Shown here: positions 1-53,564 of the stretch, piece by piece
Position numbering within the stretch: position 1 is the first letter of the stretch
Layout: each line of letters begins with the position of its first letter
Assembly: GCA_951406725.2 (NCBI GenBank)
Contig: OX597818.1
Span: forward strand, 92,318,001-92,382,000
Origin: Octopus vulgaris
Lineage: Eukaryota
Direction of reading: 5' to 3'
Length of the DNA stretch: 64,000 bases
Notes under the pieces: model-generated
The model's input: the letters and a program-made list of their open reading frames with translations, nothing else
Databases searched by the model: none
Told to the model about the DNA's origin: nothing
Translations under genes and position numbers: made by a program

Positions 1-570
1 AATTTTTCTTGCGAATCTACAAGCTTCCTTGACAACAGAATATAATTGTTTTCTTGTTCGTACACAAGTCGCAGCATATAGACCTCTGCACTGCATAAAT
101 ACATGTTCATTCCTATAGTGGAGTTTCCATAGCATAACAATCCTTTTCCTTCAGTACTTTTATGTTGGTAAAAACCGTCAACGTCTGCCTAAAGGCAGTG
201 AATGTTAGAGATCAATCATTTTCTTGTCTTCTTGCCCTTGCGTTGGAGTCCCAGAGGCGAGCAATTAATGATATCGAACTGTACTCGACAACTGGATTTG
301 ACTACGTATGTTCTAATATGTTTAAACAGTAATATACTTTTTTTAAACAGTAATATACTTTTTAAACAGTAATATACTCTTTTGAAAGCGTTTTATCGAA
401 CGTTTTAAGTATATTAAGAAATTTAATAGTAATTCACTTTAGCAGATAATGACTTTATTTGGAGGAAAATATTAAATAATTTCCTTTGAGCGACTATAGA
501 TAAACCAAAAAATGTATATCTTAATAGCTTCAAAACTTATATATACATCATTCTTCTCTATTTTTTTCAG

Positions 571-38153
<37,583 letters not shown>

Positions 38154-38252
38154 GAGGCAAGAACGAGTTTGATACCGATTTAATGCGAAAAAGCAATCTA
38201 CCTTGTTAAAATTATTATGATGTAGAAATCTATCTGAATTTCATAACATGCA

Positions 38253-38622
<370 letters not shown>

Positions 38623-39892
38623 CGCTGCTATTAGTTACATATTTAGAGATTACATTAGATTGCTTCACATGGATATATATTAGCTCCAGTGATTAATAAA
38701 ATAATTATAGAACTACTCTGCTTAAATATTGTGAATACATAACTAAAATATTTTGAAATTGTTACACGGATTTGGAGGACGGTGTACATTTTTCAACAAA
38801 TGTTTGTTCCGAATTAAATTTGAAGCAGAAAAATATGTACTAGTCACTCTTCTCAGTTAATAAATACATTTTGAAATTAACTTCTAAAATTATTATTGTT
38901 GCTTTGTTGTTGTTATCACTGATCAGGTAATTTATTATCAAAGGTATCTCATCCCTCATCATCCCAGCTTGTCTTTAAATATATTACCTCTATGAATATA
39001 TTATTTACTGTGTTCTTTTTTCATGTTTGTAGAGTGTAATTTGAGAGAAGGCAAGCTACTATATCTGGTTTGTTGAACAGGTGCTCGTTTGCGGGATTGT
39101 AACGAGTTAGAGTTGTTTTTAAATTAATGTAAAATGCTTTCAATCAAACTGACAGCAATAAACTTCCGGTATATAATCTATTCCCGTCACGACAAAGCTG
39201 AAATAGTTGTGTCACCACTTACATCACAAATATTGCCTTTTCTCTGTTGCACAAATATAATATAGGCTAATATACTAGCAAACCGTTATACGACTGACAT
39301 AGAAAACATTCGACATTGATACATCATCGACTCTCCCACTAGCTACTATTGTGAATAAGATCACACGTATTTACAGTTTTCTGAGCTAGAATTATCTCAC
39401 TCTATATCCATTATCCTAATCCTTATTTTTGAATGTTTGTCCAAATGTAGGATTTTATTCACTTTCAATGCAGTCCATAAGCTTCCTTCTCATAATATAT
39501 ACATCCGCCTTATCTTCCCCATACCGAACTCTTCCATTCATCAACGATTGTTCGATTATTTCTCATTCTGCTTTGAGCTTATATCTTCGTTTTATTAAAA
39601 GTCATACATATGGATCGCCACTTCGTGTGACAATTTTACGTCTCACACGACAGAGACAATGTTAGTCTTATCGCCTAGCTGTTTACGTGCCAACATTACC
39701 AACCTATTAACGCATTAAGTTCTAAAAATTTTTAGTGTCTTACCACAGAGTCCAATTTCTTGGGAGTATCTGAATATCTGATCAAGAAAAACTATAGCAC
39801 ATCGATCTTATGCATAGCGTGCTCTTCCTCCTGGATCTTCAGATATATTGAATTAATTACTCCGAACTTCCCTCATTTTTATTCCAACTATA

Positions 39893-40276
39893 TCTCTCTC
39901 TATATAAACGGCAGTTTGTCTGTGCGTGTTTCTGTGTGTCTGTTTGCTTGTACCCTCACCCTGACCACGGCTTTCAACCGATTCTGATGAAACTTGACAC
40001 ACACATAGCCCAATGTCATAATTCAAAACTAACGCAGCGAAAATTTTGAAAAGTTCCCCCACTTCTGAAAAAATCGATAAATTCGACATGGGGTCGAGAA
40101 TCAGAAACACGAACCACAAACTGTCTAGGGGACGCAACTCCACCTTTTTTAAATCTCAAAAAAAAATTTACCATCATTTTTTTCCATTTTTTTGCTATTT
40201 TTTGGCTATAACTCTCTAAAAATGCTTTATAGTTATTTCCCTTACAAACCTAAGCAACGCCGGGTGATACTGCTAG
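39893..40276 (+). mobile_element. Non-autonomous Helitron-like element
   Basis: 5' TC, ccgattctgatgaaactt motif, degenerate 3' hairpin and CTAG. Confidence 0.6.
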
Positions 40277-40739
40277 TTGACCATAAATGTGCTTCGTTTT
40301 ACTTCAGGATATCAAATAATCAGGTGATATCATTGTAAGTCTTCTCACCTCCCGAACTGCAACCAGTTGAACCATCATATTTTTTTTAAAGATCCATATC
40401 ATCCTATTAAATACTCCTGCTTGTAATGTTTCTCCAACGAAAATAGCTTTATAAATAACATTCTTGCAGTATATCGACCACATTATCATACAAACAGCAG
40501 AACAATTCAAGCTAACTTCCCTCAATATTTATGGTCATTGACTTGACGCTAAATTTTAAAACAGATTCTGACGGATCACCTTTCGTGTATAGAGTGTACG
40601 ATTTCAAGCTAGATCCCAAAGTAATAAACCATATCGCTAACTCTCCCGCACTCTCTCTCTCCCTCCCTCCATCTCTCTCCTTCTCTCTCTATGTTTATCT
40701 CTCTTTCGCTTCCTCTCTCTTTTTGTCTCTCTATGTCTT

Positions 40740-40847
<108 letters not shown>

Positions 40848-41168
40848 AAACCTAAACTTATAAACGTACACATCAACATGCATTTTGAACAGTTTTTGAA
40901 GTTATAACCACAACTAGGAAATTTCATTACAAGGACTGCTAACTGTTATTGAACTACCACTAAATAGGTTATTAAAACCACCAGCGATTTGGTGTCATGA
41001 CAAATATATCTAAGATCATATTACAACATGATCTTAGATGTATTAGACACAACTTAGCTATGTCATTACCAGACGGGCAGATGTGTGTCGCTACAATCAA
41101 CACCATTCTGTCATTAAAACCACCCCAGAGTTCTTTCAATGCAATAAACAGTGGTTCTATTCTTCTTC

Positions 41169-41249
<81 letters not shown>

Positions 41250-41258
<9 letters not shown>

Positions 41259-43070
41259 GTATTTTCCCATACATTCAACAGATTAGACTGTTGGAATAGA
41301 AACAATCCTACATCGGACTACAACAAGTAACCTTAGCTGCCAAGGACCATCCTAACTATCCTAGCTGTCCCTAATAACACTGTTTTCTGGAGCTGTACTA
41401 AAGTGGGTTTTATGACTATTTCCTCTATCCATTTGTTCAGGTCTTTAAGGATATTCCAAATGCACATATAACTATTGGGATACATTTTACCTATACTTTC
41501 CATAGTCTCTGTAATTCAATGGCTAGGTCCTGGCACTGATATTTTTCTATCTTCTCATATTAATATTTTCATTATTTGGGACTGTAAAGTCAATTATCGG
41601 GCCCTTTCTATTCTCTTTATCTACTACTACCAAATCAGGCCTTCTAGCTTCTATTACTCTGTCAGTCTGAAATTTGAAATCGCACATCTTTTACTTCTTA
41701 ATTTCTAGTACTTTGCTAGGTTCATATTCATACCATTAATCAGTATGGTCAGATCCTAGCTTTCTACATAGCTCCCAGTGAGTTACTCTGCCTAGATTGT
41801 CATGTCTTTTCTTGTATTCTTTCTGTGCCAGCATGCTGCATTCACGTACTTGGTGAGTAACGCTTTCCTCCTTTAATTTACATTATCTACTTGGTTTTTG
41901 TTTATCTTGTTTTTTATCCAATTAGTTCTTAATGCTTGATCTTGTGCAGCTACTAAATAAACTTTCTGTCTCCCTCTTCAGCTTTCCTTTCTGCAATCTT
42001 AACCATGTCTCACTACAACTATTTGCTGCAACTATCTTTGGGAATCTGCCATGTAACACCTTCTCCTGCCAGTCAGATATTTTATATTCTTTTTTTTCTG
42101 GTTTTTAACTTCGTTTGGGTTTTTGGATTCCCTGTTTTGCCGTGACTCTAGCAGCTTTTAAAAGCCATTCTTCACTATTATCTACACAGAAGACTATATC
42201 TACTCTAGCTACCTCCACGCAGTCTTCTACTGATATTAACCCTCTTCTGCCTTCCTTTCAAGGCAGGTATAATCTTGCTACTCTAGCCCTGGGGTGGAGT
42301 CCTCCATTCATATTGAATTCCTTCCTAGTTCGCCTGTCTAGCTTTGCAATTTTTTGTCCAATTTAGAAAAGCTGTTGAGTATCTAAGTAATGATACTACC
42401 CAAGTATTTACAGCTTTGACATCATTAGCTTCCTCACCCTTCCGATGTACTCTTTCTCAATTTTCGTTTTCCTTTCTGTGGTTAATACCCTATCAAATTG
42501 TAATACTCCTAGATACTCTCCTCCTTTCAATGATTTTAATGCCTGACCATCTGGTAATTGGGTGCCTTCACTGTTGACTAACTGTCCTATTCTCATGCCT
42601 AACATTGCACATTTATCTATGACAAATTCCATGCCTATATCTTTGCAGAAGAGTCTTACAGTCTGTATTAAGAATCTATCTCTTTTTTCATTCTTACTAA
42701 AAAAAACTTCAGATCAACCATGTAGAGCAAATGTTTGATTTTTCCCTTACTATTTCTGAACTGATACCCAGCCTTTGCCTCCCTTAATACTAAACTGAGG
42801 GGGATCAAACATACGACAAATATTAAAGGGGATAACGAGTCCCCCTAGAAAATGCATCTTTACTGCACCACTGAGGAGCGAGAGGCCTTCCCTTAACGTT
42901 ACAGTTTCATTTCCGCTGTTACAATCAGAAATTCTTTGGAAACTCATGTCTCTCTTAAACTTAGATCTACTTTCCATTTCTTCATGCTACAGCTAATCAA
43001 CTCTCTTATGTTGTCTCTTATGCTGAATATACTCAAACATTCACTTATCTATGAGAATGTAGCGAGTGAA
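41250..43070 (-). pseudogene. Second, older R4/Dong-like LINE 3' fragment ending at (TAA)/(CTA)n
   Basis: Minus strand HLLYMVDLK, MEFVIDKCA and EYLGV motifs; many stops. Confidence 0.7.
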
Positions 43071-43404
43071 TGGGCCTGCTCTGAGCATATGTTTGTAGTT
43101 GAGAGACAATGAAAGGAAAAAATTCAACTGCCCCAAAAGTCAGGGTTTCCATGTTGTTTTATAGGGATTTCTATGAGCAGCCCTCGAACGTCTCACCCTT
43201 ATTGAGGATTACACGCTGTTGATTTCTTTCTTTCCTTCTTTATTTATAATTTTGTAAGTTTTGTTTACAGGCAAAACCTTCACAACACACACTCATACAC
43301 ATGCACACACACATTCTTTGTTTTGTCTCGTACTGTCCATAATGTTTTCATTAATATAAACCCTTGTGGTTAATAAAGAAATCATTATCACTATTATTAT
43401 TATT

Positions 43405-43959
43405 GAATGAGAAAGCAGTGCATGCCATCAAAGTAACACTGGGGTAAAATATACAAAGCCCAGTATACCCATCATGACTACCCGTCTGATAAGGTTACAC
43501 CAGGCACATGCATCACAATCATATGTGCGCGATATAGTGATCTCATTTCAAGATAAACAGCACATGACCTTGCAGGTGTGGGCCCAGTTAGAATTCTCTT
43601 CATGTCGATTAGCCCATCTCGTTCAAAATGTCCCTGAATAAGGGTGATTTAAGGATGTTGAACAGAATACCCATGTTTCCAAAGGATAATTATCCAAACT
43701 CCAAAGAATTCCTCTCAACATATGGCTATGATGATCCCCCACTACTTCTGCTCGTGATCAGGGATGCGCATATCGTCAGCCACTAAGGGACATGCTCTAC
43801 TGGTTATGGTCAAACAACTGACAAGCAAATCTGTGGTACTGGGCAGAATACTTGCTGTATCCCATCTTTTATACCAAGACAAAACAATGTACATGACAAC
43901 TCTCCCAATGAGTTAAGATCAGAAGCCATGAGATCCATTGCCTGGTGCTGCATCAGGGC

Positions 43960-43961
<2 letters not shown>
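43405..43961. mobile_element. SINE-like insertion bounded by (TTA)n on both sides
   Basis: About 555-bp relatively GC-rich segment between TTA tracts; family not recognised. Confidence 0.45.
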
Positions 43962-44017
<56 letters not shown>

Positions 44018-44564
44018 CTTTAGTAGATCATATATCCGAAGAAGCACAAAGCACGTTCTAAACGCTATAGCCGTAATGTATTTATAGGGAGTTAAGTTAT
44101 TTATAGGCAGGTCATAGAGTGACCAATGGTTTTGCATCTTAGAAATTTTATATAGGCTATAATGGACACAGGTTCGTGTGTCATATAGCTAGTTAGAGGC
44201 GATGGCAGCTTTCCTCCTATATTTATGGACTGCCATATTAGCATGGTGGTAAATGTTAATATCTAGTACCGCTGCCGTAGTCACCTTTAGAGAGACTTAG
44301 AAATAATATTATATATACAATATCTCTGCAACAAACTACCGTGTTCTGTTCTATGTGCTTTTGATGACTAAAATCAAACGCATCATCATTTATATAGTTT
44401 GTCATTCTCATCCCCAAAGTAATTGTGTTTGTTTTTCCACGTGCTATATATTTAGTACTACATATCAAGTATAGGTTAGTTAGTGCCATGGAGTTAATGT
44501 CATATTTATATGACTCACTCATCATCGAAGAATCCTTTAAAAATGTACAGTTTCATCGTCCCTT

Positions 44565-44689
<125 letters not shown>

Positions 44690-44700
44690 CATACATACAT

Positions 44701-44746
<46 letters not shown>

Positions 44747-44766
44747 ACACACATATATATATACAT

Positions 44767-44842
<76 letters not shown>

Positions 44843-45281
44843 GCATGTATGTATATATATATTATCAAAGGTGAAGAAACAACGTACTCCGAAGGGATTT
44901 AAAGGTAACGTAATCTAAGAGTAGAGTAAGAAATCCATGAATCGAATACTCGAAATGAGTTGGAAGGACCTGGACGGCCCGTGTGAGCGAGCGATAAATA
45001 GTCAATTGAAATATACAAACAATTCAAATAAACGAAAAAAAACAGACAACATGAGGACAGACTTAAGAAATGTTTCAGCATTTTAACTACACGCGTGCTG
45101 CTGGCGATTTGTTTTTCTTCTTTGGACTTTCACTTTTTCTTTCCCGACGAAGAGCTATGCTCGAAGCGTCAAACACACTCTTTTTTTACCGAGCGTCATG
45201 CTAATAATACATTTCGTATGCACGTCGACATGTTGTCCGTTTTTATTCGATTAATTGAATTGTTTCTTTATTTGAATTGAC

Positions 45282-45329
<48 letters not shown>

Positions 45330-45767
45330 TGTGCGTGCGCGCGTGTGTATATGTTGCTGTGTGGTAAGTAGCTAGAAGCAGGAGTAGCTGTGTGGTAAGT
45401 AGCTTGCTTACCAGCCACATCGTTCCGGGTTCAGTCACACTGCGTGGCTCCTTGGGATAGTGTCTTCTATTATAGCCTCGGATTTGTGAGTGGATTTGGT
45501 AGACGGAAACTGAAAGAAGCCCGTTCTATATATGTATATATATATATATGTGTCAGTGCTTGTGTGTCTGTGTTTGTCCCCCAATATCGCTTGACAACCG
45601 ATGCTGATGCGTTTACGTCCCCGTAACATAGCCGTTCGGCAAAAAGAGACCGATAGAATAAGTACTAGTCTTACAAAGAATAAGTTCTGGGTTCGATTTC
45701 CTCGACTAAAGGCGGTGTTCCAGCATGGCCGCAGTCAAATGACTGAAACAAGTAAAGGAGTAAAGGA

Positions 45768-45809
<42 letters not shown>

Positions 45810-47149
45810 GAGGAACGTTCAAAAGTATGTAACTTTGTATTTTTCCCGCCGAAAGTAATGCATACATACACACATACACATAAGTACACACACATATTTA
45901 GGGTACTTCGAAAACGTAAATATATTTTTAACAACTGGTAACTGAATTTTTATTTCTGTTTACACTTAACCCATTACAAAAAAAAAAATGAATAGTGTCA
46001 GACTAAGCATGGAACGAAGGAAATTTATCCATAAGGGCTACTGAAAGTTTCAAAACACCGCCGAAGTTCGAAAACAGTTGGGGGGGTGTTTCAAACACCT
46101 ACTGTCATTTGAATTACAAATAAATTTCTGAAAGATGGAAGCGTAGTTTATGTTCTCAATGAAGATGATCTGAACCGAAGAATGCTATTTTGTGAGAAGT
46201 ACCTCGTAAGATGTGTAGATGTTCATTTTTCGATAAAGATTGTTTCGAGCAATGATGTTATATTTACATTAATTACTGTAAATGTAACTCTTTATTATTT
46301 AGTTATGAGTCCTTAACTTTGCTTAAATGAAGCAATATCTACATTGTCACAAAATCCTTAAAAATTGTACTTTTCAGTTTAATTTTTGTTTTGTAACACG
46401 AGTTTTATGATTTATTACTAAAGGTTTGGAGTATAGAAATCTAATTTCATTTCAGTCATGGATATTGTTTTTAACACAAATATCACATGATGACCATAAC
46501 TAGTGGGGATCAAATAATCATATTACGAAGGAAAATCATGCTACCAGAATTTATAATATAGAGTGGTTTATTACCCACTTCTTTGAGGTTTGTGTCACAA
46601 TCTTTCGTGTCATTCTTTGAAGAGAGTTTTGAATAAAAGGAGTTTTTTTGCAGCAGTATGTGCCATAGTAGTGTAAGAGCCTAGTTTGATGAGGTTTTTC
46701 CAAATATGTGAATTGGAGGAAGAGCTTCATTTGAATATCTCCCGCGTTCACCGGACCTCATAACACTGAACTGTTTTTTATGGATACTGAAAGACAAAAT
46801 TTAGGGTACAGATACTTAAAAACAAAATTTTGGGCACAGAACCAGAGACGTCCGACGAATTGACACCAGCCGTTGAACGAAAGGGTTTCTTCATGTTTGT
46901 GATAACATTTCTTCGCATTATCAGCAGTGCTTGAAAACAGAAAGATCATCAAATCGAAAACCGGCATTCATGAAAAGAAGTAAATTCTGTCCTGCAGATC
47001 CTATTAAATTTTGAAAATGTAACGTATTTTGATAAACACTACCTTTATAATCATTCAATGTATGTAGACATTTTTGGTACCACCTCTCTCTCGCCCCATA
47101 CACACATACGCACGCACACATATACACATACATATTCTTATTTGTTCAT

Positions 47150-47698
47150 TTGTCGTTGTCCACGATGACCAAGGACATCACATGGGTGAAGAAGACGGGG
47201 CACGGTGATTCCGGCTATGGCCAATCACTCCAATGCATGCTCGGAAAGCTCTGCTGCAGGTCAGGCATTGGTGATCTGCTGGGATTGAAGGCGAGCAGTT
47301 GGCCCTGGACTTGCGCATTTCGCGTTTTTTTTTTTGTGCTCCTGCAATTCTGTTCTCTTTGTTGGCAGTTGGTTCATCTTCACCAGGCTGTGAGGCTTTG
47401 AGTATATCTTTGAAGCGCTTTTTCTGTCTACCTTGCATGCGCTTACCTTCTACATATACACTGTAAAACAATCTGTTAAGGAGTTGTGTGTCAGGCGATT
47501 CAACAAGTTTGCCTGCCCACTTGACTTGCGTTCTCCTCAGCATCATGTAGATACGTGACTGATCAGCTCGAGAGAAGATGTCCATATCTGGGACCTTGTC
47601 TTTCCAGGTAATTTTCAACAGCTTTGTAAGACAGTTCATGTGGAAGTAGTTTAGGTTTTTGGTGTGGCGTTCATAAACCGTCCAAGTCTCGCAGGCAT
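47150..47698 (-). pseudogene. RTE-clade LINE 3' fragment (inverted copy at 54753-55310)
   Basis: ACETWTVYERH...FHMNCLTKLLKITWKDKV...GRQKKRFKD and a C-terminal C2H2-like motif. Confidence 0.75.
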
Positions 47699-47828
47699 AC
47701 GGAAGAGAAAGGTAATAAAATTACTTGATACACCGTCAATTTGGTAGCTTATATATATATATATATATAAAATTAACAAAATGGGATACAACTCCAAGGC
47801 TGTGAAAGATTTCAGAACATTTAGAAAG

Positions 47829-48133
47829 ACAGCTGTTTCCGGGATATCTTATATATCCCTTATATCCCTTCATCGGAAACAGTGCGAGAAAATGGTCAAG
47901 CAATAGTTATTCTGGAGAAGATATGAAATAGAGATTGAAGTAGGGGAATGAAAACAGACGTGAGATTTGCAGAGATTTTGCAGATACAGTATCCCTGCAT
48001 ATCTCACGCCTATTTTAATTCCTCCACTTCACTCTCTATTTCATATCTTCTCTAGAATAACTATTGCTTGACCATTTTCTCGCTCCATCTCCGATGAAGG
48101 GATATATAAAATATCCCGGAAACAGCTGTAAGA
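47829..48133. repeat. Foldback with a hammerhead-like motif in each arm
   Basis: 48088-48133: TCT CCGATGA AGGGATAT..ATATCCCG GAAA CAGCTG TA AGA; mirrored at about 47829-47873. Confidence 0.75.
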
Positions 48134-48225
48134 CTTTCTCTTTATAAATGTCCATAGCACTTACTCAGCATTACCTGACACCTTTGGATCTTCTTGACAC
48201 CATTGCCTCTCATAACCTATATATG

Positions 48226-48324
<99 letters not shown>

Positions 48325-49164
48325 ATTGAAAAATGCAGAAGATGTTTAACGCGACTAAAGAATATATTTAAATCGTCATTGCAAATGTATTATATAATAC
48401 TAGCACTATGACCCGGCGTTGCCGGGTCGTACTGCTAGTGCATGCATATACAGCTGCGTGCGTGCGCACATACACGCGAGTACTGTCCAAATCCCCGACC
48501 AATCACATATAGCTAGCTGGCGTTCAATTGGCGTATCAAGTTTCATGCATTTTGATTGGGTTTTGGATAGAAAATTCACAAAAATGTCATTTATATTGAT
48601 TTTTTATTGCCTTTACAGGGTGACTGGGGAAATGTAAAGATGTAAAGCACTAAGCCTTGCAGACGGCTCGACGGACTCTAATAGCAACTAGTATTCTATT
48701 GACCCCGAAAGGATAAAAGCCGCAGTCAACCTGGGCGGAATTTAAACTCAGAACGTAAAGGCGTACGAAATGCTGCTCATCAAATTTTCCGACGAGCAAA
48801 TGATTCTGCCAGCTTACCAACTTAAGGAGAAATTAAATATTAACTTTATGAAAGAGAAAACAGTACTATACCCAGTATTAAAATTGATATCAACAGGTAT
48901 TCATCAACAAGCAGACATTAAACATGTTTGTTAAACAAAATCATTAGTTTCGTAAATTTATTTTAAAATATACTGATTTAAAAGTGAAACAATTTATTAT
49001 AAAGAAAATAACTGATTGTATTAAAAGCAGCAACTTTGAAACGTAATGTATAATATATACTTGAAATATATGCCTTGTTTAGATTTTGTTTCAGGATATG
49101 ATTATGTTTTGTCATGAGGGATTTATTTGGTCACTGCACAAAAGCGATACTCCCTCTAACTTTG

Positions 49165-49199
<35 letters not shown>

Positions 49200-49225
49200 C
49201 ATATCCTGAAACAAAATCTGAACAA

Positions 49226-49302
<77 letters not shown>

Positions 49303-49427
49303 TTATATATATATATATGCCTTGTTTAGATTTCGTTTCAGGATATGATTATGTTTTGTCATGAGGGATTTATTTGGTCACTGCACAAAAGCAATACTCC
49401 CTCTAACTTTGTAACATCATACATATA

Positions 49428-49472
<45 letters not shown>

Positions 49473-49504
49473 CAGTTCTAGTCCTGTAGAAGCTCCGTCT
49501 ATAA

Positions 49505-49552
<48 letters not shown>

Positions 49553-49716
49553 TGACGCATATTTGCCATTTGAATATGGCTAACCCATAAGGGTGGATGC
49601 TACTGTAGTTTGTAGCCCCAGGAAGATATCTCCTCCAGCTGGCTATAGACACACTATCTGTGTCCTCTCAGTATTTGTGAAGGGGAGTCATCCTCCCCGT
49701 CTTCAACTCATGATAC

Positions 49717-49758
49717 ACACATACCCAAGTTTCAAGGTGTTTACCTTCATCAGCGTGT
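49717..49758 (-). ncRNA. Minimal hammerhead ribozyme
   Basis: Minus strand: ACACG CTGATGA AGGT aaac ACCT T GAAA CTTGGG TA TGTGT. Confidence 0.65.
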
Positions 49759-50229
49759 GACAATCATGGTTGTCGACGAGAAGTCAGATCCCTTCACAAA
49801 TACATATACTTTTTCCAGTGTCGATTGACACTGATATTGAAAAAGTGAAAATATATGTATAAAAAGTGAAAATATATATATATGTATGTATATATATATA
49901 TATATTAACAGTTATCGCCAAGCTAATATGGCAGTCTATAAATATAGGACGAAAGCTGCCGTTGATTAGCTCCAAAAGGCCATCGCCTCTAGCTAGTTAT
50001 ATGACACACGAACCTGTGTCCATTATAACCTTCGAACAGTTCGAAGGTCAACTCCTATATATTTAATATCTTATTCATTTAACATTTTTGTATTTTAGAA
50101 ATCCATTACGCTTATACTGCATATCTAAAAACGATAATGCGAAACTCAAAGTAACGTCTTAATTACAAATATTATTAATATTGAATTTACAAATGCAGTG
50201 AACTGGCTCTGTGTATGTTTGTGTGTGTA

Positions 50230-50324
<95 letters not shown>

Positions 50325-50553
50325 CTTTGTGCTTATGATCTGTCTGTCCCCTCTAACGTTTGGAAATGATTCCTGGTTAGAGTTATACAGAACAAGTCCT
50401 CCCTAGAGATATAATTCTTCAGAATTTACCACCATATATTTCGAGCATACTTTGGCCTTCATATAATGACTATAATCATCGATTTGACCAGTCAAGTTGG
50501 GGGTTCCAAAAGGGCCTATCAGATTTCAACTGAGTTTTTAGAACAGAAGTATT

Positions 50554-51711
50554 TGAGGTGGTATCAAAACGTTCTAGTCATGTTTTAAAAAAATAACTTA
50601 TTTACCTAAGTATTAATATCATCTTCTTCGAAATAGTCACCTTGCGCAGGAATACCCCAGTCCAGCAGTATTTCCAATTTTGGTATCCAGCCTAGCAGTC
50701 GTTTTCCATAAGCGAGTCGAGAACCTTCTATGTTTCACTCTGAATCTCCCCAACAGTGTTAACACGGCGATTTTAAGCTGCATTTTAATCTTGGGGGAAG
50801 AGATGGAAGTCCGCAAGTGCTAAATCTGACAAATAGGATTGGTGTTGAAGAGATAACACGTTGTTTTTGACGAGAAACTTACAAGTAAGGAGAGATTCGT
50901 GGCAGAGTGCATTGTCGTCGTGAAGAATCCAATTATTCACGCTCCACAGATCCGGTTGTTTTCGCCGAATGTCCTCCCATAGACGCTTCAAAACGTGGTA
51001 ATAGAATTCCCGATTCACGGTCTGGCTATGAGGGACGAATTCTCGATGCAAACTATAGGGGATGAAGAAAAAAGGATGAGCATCGACATGAAGGATGGGT
51101 CATTAGCAGCACGCTGACAGAGATTTTGAGATTCTTCAAAGCCAAGTACTTTCTACTTAGTGGTCAGCAAGCGGGGTACGAACTTGGCAGAGATACATCA
51201 ACCCATACGACAGACCTATACGGACCCATATGACAGACCAACAACATCAGAAATGCCGTTGATTGTCCTCCGACGATTCTCATGCACAAGCCGGTGAATT
51301 TTTCTCCACATTTCTGGGGATATCACTCGTGGCAAATCTTCCAGAACGCTCATCATTTTACAACGAGATTCTTCCGCTTTTGAAGCGTCCGTTCCACTCA
51401 AAATATTACGTATGACTCATTGCCTCGTCGCCGTAAACTTGCCGAAGCATATCCAAGATCTCTGTAGCAGGCTTCTCAAAGTTAACGCAAAATTTCACGT
51501 TGGACCTTTGTTTCTGTCAATGACAAAATTGCAGACTACAGATTAAGCGTGATCACAGAAACGCTAATTTCACAACTTGTGAATACAGCGATGTCACTCG
51601 ATACACACTGCCTTTTGAAGGTCACCGCTAGCTCTCACTGGGCACGGAACTGTGTGTTGCCGTCTGTTGGCACGCTACAAACTATTATTGTAACTTTTTG
51701 ATACCACCTCG
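50554..51711 (-). mobile_element. Mariner (DD34D) transposon, degraded
   Basis: TIRs gaggtggtatcaaaa / ttttgataccacctcg-TA; WILHDDNA..H and YLSDLALADFHLFP motifs. Confidence 0.88.
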
Positions 51712-52292
51712 TATATAAACATATTTAAAACAGCGTTATTCTAATTCATGTGTGTGTATGTGTGTGTAATTGTGTGGGTTTGTGTGTGCGTTTGTGTGTT
51801 TTCGTTTTAAATATCTTCTCAAACATAATTTGAAACGTTTTCACAACGCTTTTTCTCTAATCCCAATAGATTCGTTTGCGAAACCTATCCTTAAGACATT
51901 ATACGCAATAATTCCTATTAAAATACATGCTAGTATTTCAATATGTGAACTTAAAGGATTCTGCTAGAATTCAGCCACTAAATGATTTAGAATCACCTAG
52001 ATTTAATTACAGGATCTTTAAAAGAATGTTGTATGTATATATGTATATATATATTATATATGCGTATATATATATTATATATGCGTATGAGTGAATTTGC
52101 GTGTAAATACATATATATATATATATATACATATATATAACCACTGACGACCATTTCTTTTCTTTAAATGTTTGACTGGTTACCAAGCTGTCTACTCTTA
52201 TGATATTTATTTAATGCTTTGAAAACTCTTAAAGAATTATTTGAAACAGGAATAACCAGAAGACAGAGGCAGTTAAAAGAATCGCTAACAAC

Positions 52293-52370
52293 ATGGCCCC
52301 GCGATTGTTGTTTGTAATGTTGGGAGCTGTATTTTATTTGGGGATGACAGCCAATGGAGAACCTAGACAA
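52293..52370 (+). CDS. First coding exon with signal peptide MAPRLLFVMLGAVFYLGMTANG-EPRQ (gene or pseudogene)
   Basis: aacATGG Kozak context, hydrophobic core, A-x-G cleavage motif, strong donor CAA|gtaagt (phase 0). Confidence 0.65.
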
Positions 52371-53564
52371 GTAAGTCAATTTTACAATAATCGTTTCAAA
52401 GAAATCTTTCTATCATTTAGTGTTTTTAATTTTACAGTATTTTCTGAGGGGAGAGACTTTCTATTTAATATCTATTTCTTTACTACACACAAGGGGCTAA
52501 ACACAGAGGGGACAAACAAGGACAGACAAACGGATTAAGTCGATTATATCGACCCCAGTGCGTAACTGGTACTTAATTTACTGACACCGAAATGATGAAA
52601 GACAAAGTTGACCCCGGCGATATTTGAACTCAGAACACGAAGACAGACGAAATACCTATTTCTTTACTACCCACAAGGGGCTAAACACAGAGAGGACAAA
52701 CAAGGACAGACAAATGAATTAAGTCGATTACATCGATCCCAGTGCGTAACTGGTACTTAATTTATAGACCCCGAATGGATGAAAGGCAATGTCGACCTCG
52801 GCGGAATTTGAACTCAGAACGCAGCGGCGGACGAAATACCGCTAAGCATTTTGCCCAGCGTGCTAACGATTCTGCCAGCTCGCCACCTTCTTTCTATTTA
52901 ATATCATAGATCCGATCATTTTATGCTATAAATTTTTATTGCAGATTTTATTTCGATAATTAGTGGAGTTTGGAAACCTTTTGGTTAGTATTGGCCGAAA
53001 TCGAACTCGCGTATTGTAGCTCTAGTAATATTCTGTTATTATAAAACATCGACTTTTCAGTCTTATATTTGCAGTTAAATGTTGAATAAACCATATCAGA
53101 TTATGAATCCATTGCCAAACAAGCAAGAAAATAAGCGCTTTATCTCAACAACTGTGCATAGTAGCAATATTTAACTAATTGTTTGTTTCATGAATATCTG
53201 TGTAATGTAACTCCGCTTTCAAGGTTAATTACTTTTGATAGATGAGAGCGAATACATCTTTGGGTGTTTTTATTTTGCAACCTAATGTCATCTATTATTC
53301 TTCCCGTACTATACTGATTATTTCAGAAAAATCATTCTAATACACATTTACAAAAGATCGTGTTAAAATTCTTTATAAGTTTCACTCTTTTATTCTTCTA
53401 TTTGAAATATAAAAACAAACGTTTACTAAATTTAATACAATCTAATTATCAATGCATAAGCATTAACGTTTCACTCGACGAAATTATATTGTTTCTTTGA
53501 TATTTTTTACAAAAACGTTCGGTTAATCTTGTGAAAAACAAAATGTCCGTATATTTTATTACAG